A program made the translations under genes and the position numbers. A DNA stretch of 64,000 bases, taken from Schmidtea nova (lineage: Eukaryota). A model generated the notes under the pieces. That model was not told the DNA's origin, did not search any database, and saw only the letters and a list, made by a program, of their open reading frames with translations. Location: NCBI GenBank assembly GCA_044892505.1, contig CM097882.1, positions 19,902,001 to 19,966,000 on the forward strand, in the 5' to 3' direction. Shown here piece by piece: positions 38,629 to 53,600 of this stretch; the first letter of the stretch is position 1; the number at the start of each line of letters is the position of its first letter.

Positions 38629-41600
38629 CTAAACAATTATATTTGGAGAGAGTGTTTTCGTGTTTTGAGCAATTCATTAAAATTATTCATTCAACATACT
38701 TTACAGTCTTATAGTAAAATAAATATAGTAATTAAATATAATTAATAATTAAATAAATATATAAATATTCTTCTCATAGAGATTGTGGTTAATAATGGGC
38801 TGGAGTTCAATAAGTAAACGGTTTACCATAAATGACATATGGGCCGCGAAAGAGTAGTTAAAGGACCGCATCCAACATGCAAGACTCCAGTTTGACACCT
38901 AATGTAAAAAATAACAAACGTAGTTATTTAACAGTAGTCTTCGTGTTTTATACGATACCGCATGAATTATGTATGACAGAAATTCGTATCTCCCGTCGGC
39001 AATATACTGATATCAGATGAACCTTTTCTGAGTTCATTAACACCATAACACAAATGGTCCATTTATATTGGTAGAGAGCGTCACCGTATTGCAACTGACA
39101 TGTTTCTCAGAACACAGAAGTTTTGTTGTTAGAAAGGTAGGAAACTGGTAAGTCTATTGGTAAGGTTACTCCGAGAAGTTACAATAAACAAACCAGAGTA
39201 TGCTAATTCCAAAGAAAAGGCTACTTTCTTCTTGAGTAATTATCATCCGGTACCCCAAATAAATTACATTATTAAACATGTAATGTTCCAATATAATATT
39301 ATAATTCGACCCCCTTACAGAAATATGAAGATATATTCAAAAACTATCAAAATGAAATCCAAAATCAAATTGGTGGCAGCAATCAAGATTATTTCGGATA
39401 CACGAAACGGAGCCGTATTCAAAACGCCCACGATTGGGTGTCGAGTGAAATCAAGAAGCTCAACAATGATTTTAACAATTTATCTGATTTATTATTTGAA
39501 AAGTTATCAGAATGCCAAAAGGTATATTTTCTTAAACGACTGATGAAACAAAAAACTGATTTTTTATTATCTCTAATATAGAATCTCTCTGATCAAACCC
39601 GACCGAAATCCTCAAAGAAACCGGAAAGAATTCACACGTTCAAAACGGAAAATGTCGAAATCAATAGATTCCGAGAATTGACAGAGATCGAAGAATCTCC
39701 CGAGATCCTTTTTGATAAATCGACCAGACAATCCTTCCAAGAGGATTCAATCGAAATAATTTCGAATCTAAATCGCTGCCAACTATCAAATCTCTGGTAT
39801 TTCTCTAATTTACTATCGGAAACCATTTCTCCGATCTCTGTTGGAGATTGTTTCCGTTGTCGAATAATCAAATTGAATTCGAACTCACCAAACGCCTCCG
39901 ATGAAGTCCAGTCATCGACATTGGAAGAGTCCTTAAAAGACGGCATCATAATGAGGAAAACCTATAACATTCTTACCGAGTTAAGGATTTTCAACAAACG
40001 TGAAAATCTCTCCATTATTGATATGCTGAAATTGAACATTTTCAACATTTTCAATGGCACTTTCAATGTCGATTGTTTCTTTGAACCGTTGACCATTTCA
40101 AAAGCTGTAAACTCACAGATTATTGACAGAAAGGTCGGCGGTTATTTGAACTGTTTAATGATCTCGTCTATTGAATTATTGCATTCTCCTCCGACAGTGA
40201 TTTCAGCGATTTATTCGCCGAAAGAATTGAAAATTCAGCCCCCTCTACTAAGTCTTTCAGATTCAGTGGATTTGAATTTATTCAATCCAGTTTCCGATAA
40301 GCATATCAAATTTCTTGATCCAATCACAAATACCGAGTTGAAGTACACCGACGCCATTCGACACCAATATATCAATGATGACATTTCAGAGATTTTGTTT
40401 GTTGATCCCAGCGGAAACAATTTTCACTTGACGACGAAAGAGGCAATTAATAACAAACTTTTCGATCCGGACTCAGGAAACATATTCGATCCCAATCGCA
40501 ACTCATATATTCCATTGCATTATGCCCGCCAGGAAGGTCTTTTATCGAAACCAAGTTCAATTTTGCAGATTGTGTTAGAAAAAGATGAGTTCCCGTTTCT
40601 AGTAGACATCTACAATCAGAAATCATCAATCAGTGAAGCCTTAGTCAGGGGCATTATCGATGGAAACAGTGAGTTCAGCATCAAACCAAATTTCTCACAG
40701 AAAATCTCTCTATTTGAAGCCGTACAAAAAGGTGTAGTTACGGAGAGCGGAAAACTCATAACTAACAAAAACAAGACTAACTTGTCATTTCTTGACGCAT
40801 TCAATAAGGGTCACATTAAATTGACTGAAAGACTCATTTGCGGCCCGAATCAAGACATTATCCATCCGAATCTCACTCAAAAATTAACTCTTCTCGATGC
40901 GATTCAATTGGGAATTATCGACATCAAAAGGGAAAAATTTATCAACCCAATCACAAATGAACAGTTCACATTAAAAGAGGCATATGAAAATAAATACATC
41001 GCGAAAAGTCTACTAAAAGATTTAACAGTGTTTTGTGGAATAACCAATGAAAAGAACGAAAAACTGACAATCCTTCAAGCAGCCAATCAAAACCTAATCG
41101 ATATCAAATCCGGTCAGATTTTCGACCAATCAAACAACCAACTCATATCGATCAATGAAGCGTATTATGACAAAATTATCACAGAAAATCAATACAATCG
41201 AATTGTTTTTCTAACATGCCCATTGATTAAATTTTCCATATCTATCGATGAAATTGCAATCAATATCGATGAAACCGAGTGTAAACTTTTTGAAAATCGA
41301 AAACTCTACAAAACAATCACAACTGTCTATGATTCGAAACTAAATGAATATATTTCATTGGATGAAGCTCGAAAACGAAATTTTATCAACGACGATATGG
41401 GAATGTATTTCCATGAAAAAGACAGAATCTACTACTCATTTACCGATGCTATCGATGCTAATTTTATTCAAACAAACAATGAAAAAAACAAAGAAAAAGT
41501 TATTGAAATTAAAACAATTAAGTCCGAGAAAATCAAATCGTATTCGATTAGTTCGGTGTTTAATCCAATAACAAAGGATTGGGTGTCGGCTCGACAGGCA

Positions 41601-44600
41601 GTCGAGGATGGAATCATCGATCATTTGAGTGGCAATTATAAAATCATCAATGAATTCGGATTTGTGATCGATATTCCGATCAATGAAGCGATTTCGTCTG
41701 GCTACATAGAAGCGATCGATGAAGAAGTGAAATCTTTGAAAAATGAGTTGAAAATTGTCGGATTTAAAGATCCGATTTCCAGGGAAACCATCTCACCAAT
41801 GGAGGCCATTGAAAAAGGATTGGTTGATAGGAAATTTGAAAATTTCTTTAACACAAAATCCAATCAAATCCTAACCATGAATGAAGCCGAAAACCTTGGG
41901 TTTGTTTTAACGGAAAAGGTTGAAATAAAATTACAAACGATCAATGATTTGATCACAGTTGGGCTACTGGATTTTGATTCGGGCATTGTTTCATTTCCAG
42001 AGAGCGGAATTTCAATGGCATTAAATGAAGCTATTAATAGCAACAGAATAGACATTGATAGGTCGATGTTAAAGCACCCAGACAACGGAAGACATGTTTG
42101 TTTAAGAGAAGCCATTGAGAAAGGTTTGTTCGACCCTATTCGATGTGAAATCAAAGACAATAACGGACACATCATTACTTTAAACGATGCCATCAATGAA
42201 GATCTATTCCCGGAATTTGTACCGACTGATAAAAACAAAATAACCTTCGAAGAAGCCTTAGAACAAGGGTATATCGATTTGAAAACGAATACTTTCTGTG
42301 ATCCAAGAACTGATAAAGTTTATGAGGTTGAAGAAGCACTAGCGAAGAACATATTAGACCATCCTCAATCTAATGTCACAGTGTACATGACTGATATTCA
42401 GAATGTTGTTCAAAATAAAACACTAGAAATACCAAATGAGGATAAATTTGTCGATACTAAAACCACGAAAACGTCAGAGGCAATTAAAAGAAATTATTTC
42501 GGAGATGACAAAGATTTGAAATTATTCCCAATTGTAAAAAATGCCTCGATTTGCCAAGATCTTCCTTTTTCAAAGGCAACCGATAAAGAGTTAACGACTT
42601 TAGACAAAAGGTCCAGCAATGCCATCGAAAGTATAAATAGTCTTGGTTTGATATCTCCAAAATTGTCTACGGACGAATCACTGACTTCGAACATCACATC
42701 ATTAACGGGATCCAATACTGACACTAATAATACTCAATTATTCATTATAAATCCCAATACTGGAAGAAAGTTGAACTTGGAAGAAGCTATCAAAGAAAAT
42801 ATTTATGATCCAGTGGAAAACATGATTCGAAGTGCTACTAATAATAACAGTTACAGTTGGGAGGAAAGTGTAAAACTGGGTCTGATTGTGAGTGAAAATG
42901 ACAATGAACAAACAGATGAAAAAATTCTCCAAAGAAATTGTATCGTTTACAACTACTATTACGTTCACAAAGGTGTCGGTGTAACTGCAAAATTGACAAA
43001 TCAAATGCTTACAGAAAACGAAATTGATCCGATCAATCAACTGATAAAAGATCCGAAAACCGGGAAATCAACCACTTTGATCAATGGGCTGGAAAACGGT
43101 TCGGTGTTTGCGGCGATTATCACTCTAACCAATCGATCACTATACTTTGAGAATCTAAACAAGCGGCATGATAATTATCAAATAATCAGCGTTTTTGATC
43201 CACGAATCAATCGCTTGATACCATATCGCGAGGCAATCGACAAGCAGATCATCAACATCCTCGACTCGACGTACATCAATAACAAAACGAACGAAATATC
43301 CACTCTATCCGATGCGTTGCAACATGGATTATTGCACGCGATAATGAAAACTCGACAATATGTGCCGTTGTCATGTCCGTTTACGAATGTGCACATTAGA
43401 ACGATTGAGGAGGAGATGAATTTTTCAATCCCACAAAATCTACCGGAAAACGTGCTGAGGGATTATTCTCAAAAGACAAACATCGAAGAACACATCGACC
43501 CAATAATCTCGTCGAGTCCAGTGGATCACGAACCCTTGATTCAAGTTCAAACCGAACACAATGTAAATCAAACAGAAATTGATCAGGTAATTAAAATTCA
43601 GATTTATATTTCTATTCAAAAGTGTATCCTTGTAAGGGTTATATGTTGATAATAATGGTGAGATATTTTCGAAACGATTTTATGCTATAAAGTGTATAGT
43701 GAACATTTTTATATGGATACACTTTTCACATAAAATATTACCAAAATAAAATAAAGCTACAGAAATAAAAATAACATTATCATTATTGGATAAATTTGTA
43801 TCAGTCAACATCAGCAGCATTTTGCTATAAAATTTTGCATATCTTCACATATTATAAGCACTATTATGATTATAGGGAAATACTATTGAAAAGTGTTCTC
43901 CCGTAAAATTAAAAAGTAATATTATTGCGCTCTTATTTTACATTATCTAAATGTTTTGTCCTTACGTAGGCAGCCATTAATGCAATAAACTCGTCAACTA
44001 TGCGATTTGAAAGACAAGAAACATTTCCTGTTTCCCATGTGTAATTTTAGGAAATCACCAAACTCAGCTAAATATTCCATAAGGTTAATGAAATTTCGTT
44101 TCCTTGGAGAATCATGTTCTCGGAACGTCAATCCGCAGAATCCTAAGAGTTTGACAGGAACAATCACTCGAGTTAATACTTTTCTTCAATACCTAGTTTG
44201 CGTTTCATAGTGTTTAAATAATTGCCAATCAATTCTTCCAATTATATTACTCCTGTGTGCATGCACACATCAACACGTTTTATGCTCTTTGGAGTTTTCC
44301 TGTCAGCATAATATTTTGATTATATTTTTCCAATCCGAACAGGACATTAGATTTGGGTTAAAAAAATTTACAAGTGAAACAATATAGAAAATTATTTGTT
44401 AGTGTATATATTAACCATTCTCTTTTTTCTTTACTTCATTTGTTCAATGGAAATAAAAATGAAAATCGTCTAGTGTTATCGAGACACCGCTTTCAAGGCC
44501 TTAAGGAATTTTTAATTTCTCCAATATTTTTCTGGTTTATGTCGAATACAAGATTTAATCAAATTCTTTGGGATTATAAGTAAGTTTTCATGTAAGTTTT

Positions 44601-47600
44601 CGGTCTGTCCAGTTTCAATCAAAAATACCACAGAAGGTTTTCCTTCAGCAGTGGATTTGGCAATTTCATGCCTTTCTTCACAATTATTCCATTCTAATGT
44701 TGTCATACTAACAATGTTTCGTTCACTTTCATTATTGAGTTAACTTATTCCTGTAAAAAAATTAGGAGCGGATTTTTTATTTTCTGATACGATTGCAGCA
44801 GCTTTAACTTGGCTGGCTATACAGTTTTTCCGTTTCCGGGGAACAAATTCTTGCATTCACTTCATATTTCAGTTGTTAGGCTACGCAAAGAATATATTAT
44901 TTATAGTAAGAATTAAAGTTTATAAAATAATTTAAAAAAATATTGATTTCCTAAAAAAATACTGGCGACAACAGCAAAACTCAACACAACAACAAAATAA
45001 ACAATAACAAAAAACAAATGAAATCAATAAAGTATGTCGTGTAACATGTCAAATAACTCAATTATCACTCTCTGAAGAAATCCAAGAACAGGATTAATCC
45101 GAAAAGAAAACATTACCGGTTTTGAAATTTTAAGGATTAAATTATTTATGTTTCCCCGAAAAATTAGTGCCCTCGAAATTTGCTTAATTTGTCTGTGGCA
45201 TAATACACCACTGATCCTACCAGATACTTCAATAATAACCCATTATCAAATATGCATCAATGATTTTAAAGATGAAAATAAAAATAAAATAATTATATAT
45301 AAACAATAAATCAAACTGTAGCTTTATTTTGAAAAAGTAAGAAAATTAAACATTATTAGTTCATTATTAATTTTATTTTTATTTTTAAAGAGAAAGTTAC
45401 CTAATGTCACAAATGATGTAGACGAATTGTTAAATATAATTAACAATAAATATAAATCATTAAATAAACGAGAAAAGATTGAAAATAAAAAAGAATTATC
45501 ATCATTTTCATATTCATATATACCAATACAAGAAACATCTGAAGAAATATTATTAGTAAATGAAGGTCCGATAATAACAATCGAAAAAAGTCAAAGAATA
45601 GAAAGGAAAATAAATTTAATAACAGCAATGAAAAATAAATTAATAAATACAAAAAATATGACAATTAAAATATCACAAACCGGAACAATAAAATGTTTAT
45701 ATGAAGCTATTAAAGAAAATCTTATTGACGAAGAAAAAACATTATTTCAAGAAATAAAAACTGGACATGTAGTAACTCTACAAGAATTATTAGAAAAAAA
45801 TATTCCACTAAAAGATATAATAAAATTAACAAAAGAGTATTTAGAAAAAGATAAATCTTGTAAAATAAATGAAAACAAGGATCAAAGTAAAAGCAAAAAA
45901 AGAAAAGTTGATCATCTAACAAAAATTGAAAATAATAAAGAAGTAAACGCAATATACGATTCAGCAAAAAGACAAAATGTGTCTCTTTCTGAAATGCTAA
46001 CAAGCGAAAAAGAAAGAATTGATAAAGAAAAGCATAGAGAATTAGAAAAGATCAGTATGGAATATTCAACTGACGCGCAACACTTGACTTTGGATGAAGC
46101 AATTGAAAGAGGTCTTGTAGACACAATGCGAGGAACGATACGAGATCCTATTTCTGGAAAAGAAATTTCATTACAAGAAGCAATTGCAAAAGGAATAATC
46201 GACGCGGAAAATAGCGCAATATATGATGCAGAGAAAGGACAAACTGTGTCTCTTTCTGAAATGCTAAGGAGCGGAAAAGATATGAAAGCTTTGCTAATAA
46301 GCGAAAAAGAAAGAATTGATAAAGAAAAGCATGGAGAATTAGAAAAGATCAGTATGGAATATTCAACTGACGCGCAACACTTGACTTTGGATGAAGCAAT
46401 TGAAAGAGGTCTTGTAGACACAATGCGAGGAACGATACGAGATCCTATTTCTGGAAAAGAAATTTCATTACAAGAAGCAATTGCAAAAGGAATAATCGAC
46501 GCGGAAAATAGCGCAATATATGATGCAGAGAAAGGACAAACTGTGTCTCTTTCTGAAATGCTAAGTAGCGGAAAAGATATGAAAGCTTTGCTAACAAGCG
46601 AAAAAGAAAGAATTGATAAAGAAAAGCATGTGGAATTAGAAAAGTTAAGTATGGAATATTCAACTGATGCGCAACACTTCACTTTGGATGAAGCAATTGA
46701 AAGAGGTCTTGTAGACACAATGCGAGGAACGATACGAGATCCTTTTTCTGGAAAAGAAATTTCATTACAAGAAGCAATTGCAAAAGGAATAATCGACGCG
46801 GAAAATAGCGCAATATATGATGCAGAGAAAGGGCAAACTGTGTCTCTTTCTGAAATGCTAAGGAGCGGAAAAGATATGAAAGCTTTGCTAACAAGCGAAA
46901 AAGAAAGAATTGATAAAGAAAAGCATGGAGAATTAGAAAAGATCAGTATGGAATATTCAACTGATGCGCAACACTTGACTTTGGATGAAGCAATTGAAAG
47001 AGGTCTTGTAGACACAATGCGAGGAACGATACGAGATCCTATTTCTGGAAAAGAAATTTCATTACAAGAAGCAATTGCAAAAGGAATAATCGACGCGGAA
47101 AATAGCGCAATATATGATGCAGAGAAAGGACAAACTGTGTCTCTTTCTGAAATGCTAAGTAGCGGAAAAGATATGAAAGCTTTGCTAACAAGCGAAAAAG
47201 AAAGAATTGATAAAGAAAAGCATGGAGAATTAGAAAAGATCAGTATGGAATATTCAACTGACGCGCAACACTTGACTTTGGATGAAGCAATTGAAAGAGG
47301 TCTTGTAGACACAATGCGAGGAACGATACGAGATCCTATTTCTGGAAAAGAAATTTCATTACAAGAAGCAATTGCAAAAGGAATAATCGACGCGGAAAAT
47401 AGCGCAATATATGATGCAGAGAAAGGACAAACTGTGTCTCTTTCTGAAATGCTAAGTAGCGGAAAAGATATGAAAGCTTTGCTAACAAGCGAAAAAGAAA
47501 GAATTGATAAAGAAAAGCATGGAGAATTAGAAAAGATCAGTATGGAATATTCAACTGACGCGCAACACTTGACTTTGGATGAAGCCATTGAAAGAGGTCT

Positions 47601-50600
47601 TGTAGACACAATGCGAGGAACGATACGAGATCCTATTTCTGGAAAAGAAATTTCATTACAAGAAGCAATTGCAAAAGGAATAATCGACGCGGAAAATAGC
47701 GCAATATATGATGCAGAGAAAGGACAAACTGTGTCTCTTTTTGAAATGCTAAGGAGCGGAAAAGATATGAAAGCTTTGCTAACAAGCGAAAAAGAAATAA
47801 TTGTGAAAGAAAAGCATGGAGAATTAGAAAAGATCAGTATGGAATATTCAACTGACGCGCAACACTTGACTTTGGATGAAGCAATTGAAAGAGGTCTTGT
47901 AGACACGATGCGAGGAACGATACGAGATCCTATTTCTGGAAAAGAAATTTCATTACAAGAAGCAATTGCAAAAGGAATAATCGACGCGGAAAATAGCGCA
48001 ATATATGATGCAGAGAAAGGACAAACTGTGTCTCTTTCTGAAATGCTAAGGAGCGGAAAAGATATGAAAGCTTTGCTAACAAGCGAAAAAGAAAGAATTG
48101 ATAAAGAAAAGCATGGAGAATTAGAAAAGATCAGTATGGAATATTCAACTGACGCGCAACACTTGACTTTGGATGAAGCAATTGAAAGAGGTCTTGTAGA
48201 CACAATGCGAGGAACGATACGAGATCCTATTTCTGGAAAAGAAATTTCATTACAAGAAGCAATTGCAAAAGGAATAATTGACGCGGAAAATAGCGCAATA
48301 TATGATGCAGAGAAAGGACAAACTGTGTCTCTTTCTGAAATGCTAAGGAGCGGAAAAGATATGAAAGCTTTGCTAACAAGCGAAAAAGAAAGAATTGATA
48401 AAGAAAAGCATGGAGAATTAGAAAAGATCAGTATGGAATATTCAACTGACGCGCAACACTTGACTTTGGATGAAGCAATTGAAAGAGGTCTTGTAGACAC
48501 AATGCGAGGAACGATACGAGATCCTATTTCTGGAAAAGAAATTTCATTACAAGAAGCAATTGCAAAAGGAATAATCGACGCGGAAAATAGCGCAATATAT
48601 GATGCAGAGAAAGGACAAACTGTGTTTCTTTCTGAAATGCTAAGGAGCGGAAAAGATATGAAAGCTTTGCTAACAAGCGAAAAAGAAATAATTGTGAAAG
48701 AAAAGCATGGAGAATTAGAAAAGATCAGTATGGAATATTCAACTGATGCGCAACACTTGACTTTGGATGAAGCAATTGAAAGAGGTCTTGTAGACACAAT
48801 GCGAGGAACGATACGAGATCCTATTTCTGGAAAAGAAATTTCATTACAAGAAGCAATTGCAAAAGGAATAATCGACGCGGAAAATAGCGCAATATATGAT
48901 GCAGAGAAAGGACAAACTGTGTCTCTTTCTGAAATGCTAAGTAGCGGAAAAGATATGAAAGCTTTGCTAACAAGCGAAAAAGAAAGAATTGATAAAGAAA
49001 AGCATGGAGAATTAGAAAAGATCAGTATGGAATATTCAACTGACGCGCAACACTTGACTTTGGATGAAGCAATTGAAAGAGGTCTTGTAGACACAATGCG
49101 AGGAACGATACGAGATCCTATTTCTGGAAAAGAAATTTCATTACAAGAAGCAATTGCAAAAGGAATAATCGACGTGGAAAATAGCGCAATATATGATGCA
49201 GAGAAAGGACAAACTGTGTCTCTTTCTGAAATGCTAAGTAGCCGAAAAGATATGAAAGCTTTGCTAACAAGCGAAAAAGAAAGAATTGATAAAGAAAAGC
49301 ATGGAGAATTAGAGAAGATCAGTATGGAATATTCAACTGACGCGCAACACTTGACTTTGGATGAAGCAATTGAAAGAGGTCTTGTAGACACAATGCGAGG
49401 AACGATACGAGATCCTATTTCTGGAAAAGAAATTTCATTACAAGAAGCAATTGCAAAAAGGATAATCGACGCGGAAAATAGCGCAATATATGATGCAGAG
49501 AAAGGACAAACTGTGTCTCTTTCTGAAATGCTAAGGAGCGGAAAAGATATGAAAGCTTTGCTAACAAGCGAAAAAGAAAGAATTGATAAAGAAAAGCATG
49601 GAGAATTAGAAAAGATCAGTATGGAATATTCAACTGACGCGCAACACTTGACTTTGGATGAAGCAATTGAAAGAGGTCTTGTAGACACAATGCGAGGAAC
49701 GATACGAGATCCTATTTCTGGAAAAGAAATTTCATTACAAGAAGCAATTGCAAAAGGAATAATCGACGCGGAAAATAGCGCAATATATGATGCAGAGAAA
49801 GGACAAACTGTGTCTCTTTCTGAAATGCTAAGGAGCGGAAAAGATATGAAAGCTTTGCTAACAAGCGAAAAAGAAAGAATTGATAAAGAAAAGCATGGAG
49901 AATTAGAAAAGATCAGTATGGAATATTCAACTGACGCGCAACACTTGACTTTGGATGAAGCAATTGAAAGAGGTCTTGTAGACACAATGCGAGGAACGAT
50001 ACGAGATCCTATTTCTGGAAAAGAAATTTCATTACAAGAAGCAATTGCAAAAGGAATAATCGAAGCGGAAAATAGCGCAATATATGATGCAGAGAAAGGA
50101 CAAACTGTGTTTCTTTCTGAAATGCTAAGGAGCGGAAAAGATATGAAAGCTTTGCTAACAAGCGAAAAAGAAATAATTGTGAAAGAAAAGCATGGAGAAT
50201 TAGAAAAGATCAGTATGGAATATTCAACTGATGCGCAACACTTGACTTTGGATGAAGCAATTGAAAGAGGTCTTGTAGACACAATGCGAGGAACGATACG
50301 AGATCCTATTTCTGGAAAAGAAATTTCATTACAAGAAGCAATTGCAAAAGGAATAATCGACGCGGAAAATAGCGCAATATATGATGCAGAGAAAGGACAA
50401 ACTGTGTCTCTTTCTGAAATGCTAAGTAGCGGAAAAGATATGAAAGCTTTGCTAACAAGCGAAAAAGAAAGAATTGATAAAGAAAAGCATGGAGAATTAG
50501 AAAAGATCAGTATGGAATATTCAACTGGCGCGCAACACTTGACTTTGGATGAAGCCATTGAAAGAGGTCTTGTAGACACAATGCGAGGAACGATACGAGA

Positions 50601-53600
50601 TCCTATTTCTAAAAAAGAAATTTCATTACAAGAAGCAATTGCAAAAGGAATAATCGACGTGGAAAATAGCGCAATATATGATGCAGAGAAAGGACAAACT
50701 GTGTCTCTTTCTGAAATGCTAAGTAGCGGAAAAGATATGAAAGCTTTGCTAACAAGCGAAAAAGAAAGAATTGATAAAGAAAAGCATGGAGAATTAGAAA
50801 AGATCAGTATGGAATATTCAACTGACGCGCAACACTTGACTTTGGATGAAGCAATTGAAAGAGGTCTTGTAGACACAATGCGAGGAACGATACGAGATCC
50901 TATTTCTGGAAAAGAAATTTCATTACAAGAAGCAATTGCAAAAGGAATAATCGACGCGGAAAATAGCGCAATATATGATGCAGAGAAAGGACAAACTGTG
51001 TCTCTTTCTGAAATGCTAAGGAGCGGAAAAGATATGAAAGCTTTGCTAACAAGCGAAAAAGAAATAATTGTGAAAGAAAAGCATGGAGAATTAGAAAAGA
51101 TCAGTATGGAATATTCAACTGATGCGCAACACTTGACTTTGGATGAAGCAATTGAAAGAGGTCTTGTAGACACAATGCGAGGAACGATACGAGATCCTAT
51201 TTCTGGAAAAGAAATTTCATTACAAGAAGCAATTGCAAAAGGAATAATCGACGCGGAAAATAGCGCAATATATGATGCAGAGAAAGGACAAACTGTGTCT
51301 CTTTCTGAAATGCTAAGTAGCGGAAAAGATATGAAAGCTTTGCTAACAAGCGAAAAAGAAAGAATTGATAAAGAAAAGCATGGAGAATTAGAAAAGATCA
51401 GTATGGAATATTCAACTGACGCGCAACACTTGACTTTGGATGAAGCAATTGAAAGAGGTCTTGTAGACACAATGCGAGGAACGATACGAGATCCTATTTC
51501 TGGAAAAGAAATTTCATTACAAGAAGCAATTGCAAAAGGAATAATCGACGCGGAAAATAGCGCAATATATGATGCAGAGAAAGGACAAACTGTGTCTCTT
51601 TCTGAAATGCTAAGGAGCGGAAAAGATATGAAAGCTTTGCTAACAAGCGAAAAAGAAAGAATTGATAAAGAAAAGCATGGAGAATTAGAAAAGATCAGTA
51701 TGGAATATTCAACTGACGCGCAACACTTGACTTTGGATGAAGCAATTGAAAGAGGTCTTGTAGACACAATGCGAGGAACGATACGAGATCCTATTTCTGG
51801 AAAAGAAATTTCATTACAAGAAGCAATTGCAAAAGGAATAATCGACGCGGAAAATAGCGCAATATATGATGCAGAGAAAGGACAAACTGTGTCTCTTTCT
51901 GAAATGCTAAGGAGCGGAAAAGATATGAAAGCTTTGCTAACAAGCGAAAAAGAAAGAATTGATAAAGAAAAGCATGGAGAACTAGAAAAGATCAGTATGG
52001 AATATTCAACTGACGCGCAACACTTGACTTTGGATGAAGCAATTGAAAGAGGTCTTGTAGACACAATGCGAGGAACGATACGAGATCCTATTTCTGGAAA
52101 AGAAATTTCATTACAAGAAGCAATTGCAAAAGGAATAATCGACGCGGAAAATAGCGCAATATATGATGCAGAGAAAGGACAAACTGTGTTTCTTTCTGAA
52201 ATGCTAAGGAGCGGAAAAGATATGAAAGCTTTGCTAACAAGCGAAAAAGAAATAATTGTGAAAGAAAAGCATGGAGAATTAGAAAAGATCAGTATGGAAT
52301 ATTCAACTGATGCGCAACACTTGACTTTGGATGAAGCAATTGAAAGAGGTCTTGTAGACACAATGCGAGGAACGATACGAGATCCTATTTCTGGAAAAGA
52401 AATTTCATTACAAGAAGCAATTGCAAAAGGAATAATCGACGCGGAAAATAGCGCAATATATGATGCAGAGAAAGGACAAACTGTGTCTCTTTCTGAAATG
52501 CTAAGTAGCGGAAAAGATATGAAAGCTTTGCTAACAAGCGAAAAAGAAAGAATTGATAAAGAAAAGCATGGAGAATTAGAAAAGATCAGTATGGAATATT
52601 CAACTGACGCGCAACACTTGACTTTGGATGAAGCAATTGAAAGAGGTCTTGTAGACACAATGCGAGGAACGATACGAGATCCTATTTCTGGAAAAGAAAT
52701 TTCATTACAAGAAGCAATTGCAAAAGGAATAATCGACGCGGAAAATAGCGCAATATATGATGCAGAGAAAGGACAAACTGTGTCTCTTTCTGAAATGCTA
52801 AGGAGCGGAAAAGATATGAAAGCTTTGCTAACAAGCGAAAAAGAAATAATTGTGAAAGAAAAGCATGGAGAATTAGAAAAGATCAGTATGGAATATTCAA
52901 CTGACGCGCAACACTTGACTTTGGATGAAGCAATTGAAAGAGGTCTTGTAGACACAATGCGAGGAACGATACGAGATCCTATTTCTGGAAAAGAAATTTC
53001 ATTACAAGAAGCAATTGCAAAAGGAATAATCGACGTGGAAAATAGCGCAATATATGATGCAGAGAAAGGACAAACTGTGTCTCTTTCTGAAATGCTAAGT
53101 AGCGGAAAAGATATGAAAGCTTTGCTAACAAGCGAAAAAGAAAGAATTGATAAAGAAAAGCATGGAGAATTAGAAAAGATCAGTATGGAATATTCAACTG
53201 ATGCGCAACACTTCACTTTGGATGAAGCAATTGAAAGAGGTCTTGTAGACACAATGCGAGGAACGATACGAGATCCTATTTCTGGAAAAGAAATTTCATT
53301 ACAAGAAGCAATTGCAAAAGGAATAATCGACGCGGAAAATAGCGCAATATATGATGCAGAGAAAGGACAAACTGTGTCTCTTTCTGAAATGCTAAGTAGC
53401 GGAAAAGATATGAAAGCTTTGCTAACAAGCGAAAAAGAAAGAATTGATAAAGAAAAGCATGGAGAATTAGAAAAGATCAGTATGGAATATTCAACTGACG
53501 CGCAACACTTGACTTTGGATGAAGCAATTGAAAGAGGTCTTGTAGACACAATGCGAGGAACGATACGAGATCCTATTTCTGGAAAAGAAATTTCATTACA

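Noticed and set aside
39538-39565. Hammerhead ribozyme core (CTGATGA) after the PLE remnant; similar hits near 1481, 6692 and 16641
   Set aside because: None has a stem II followed by GAAA and a pairable stem III/I, so no complete hammerhead could be folded.
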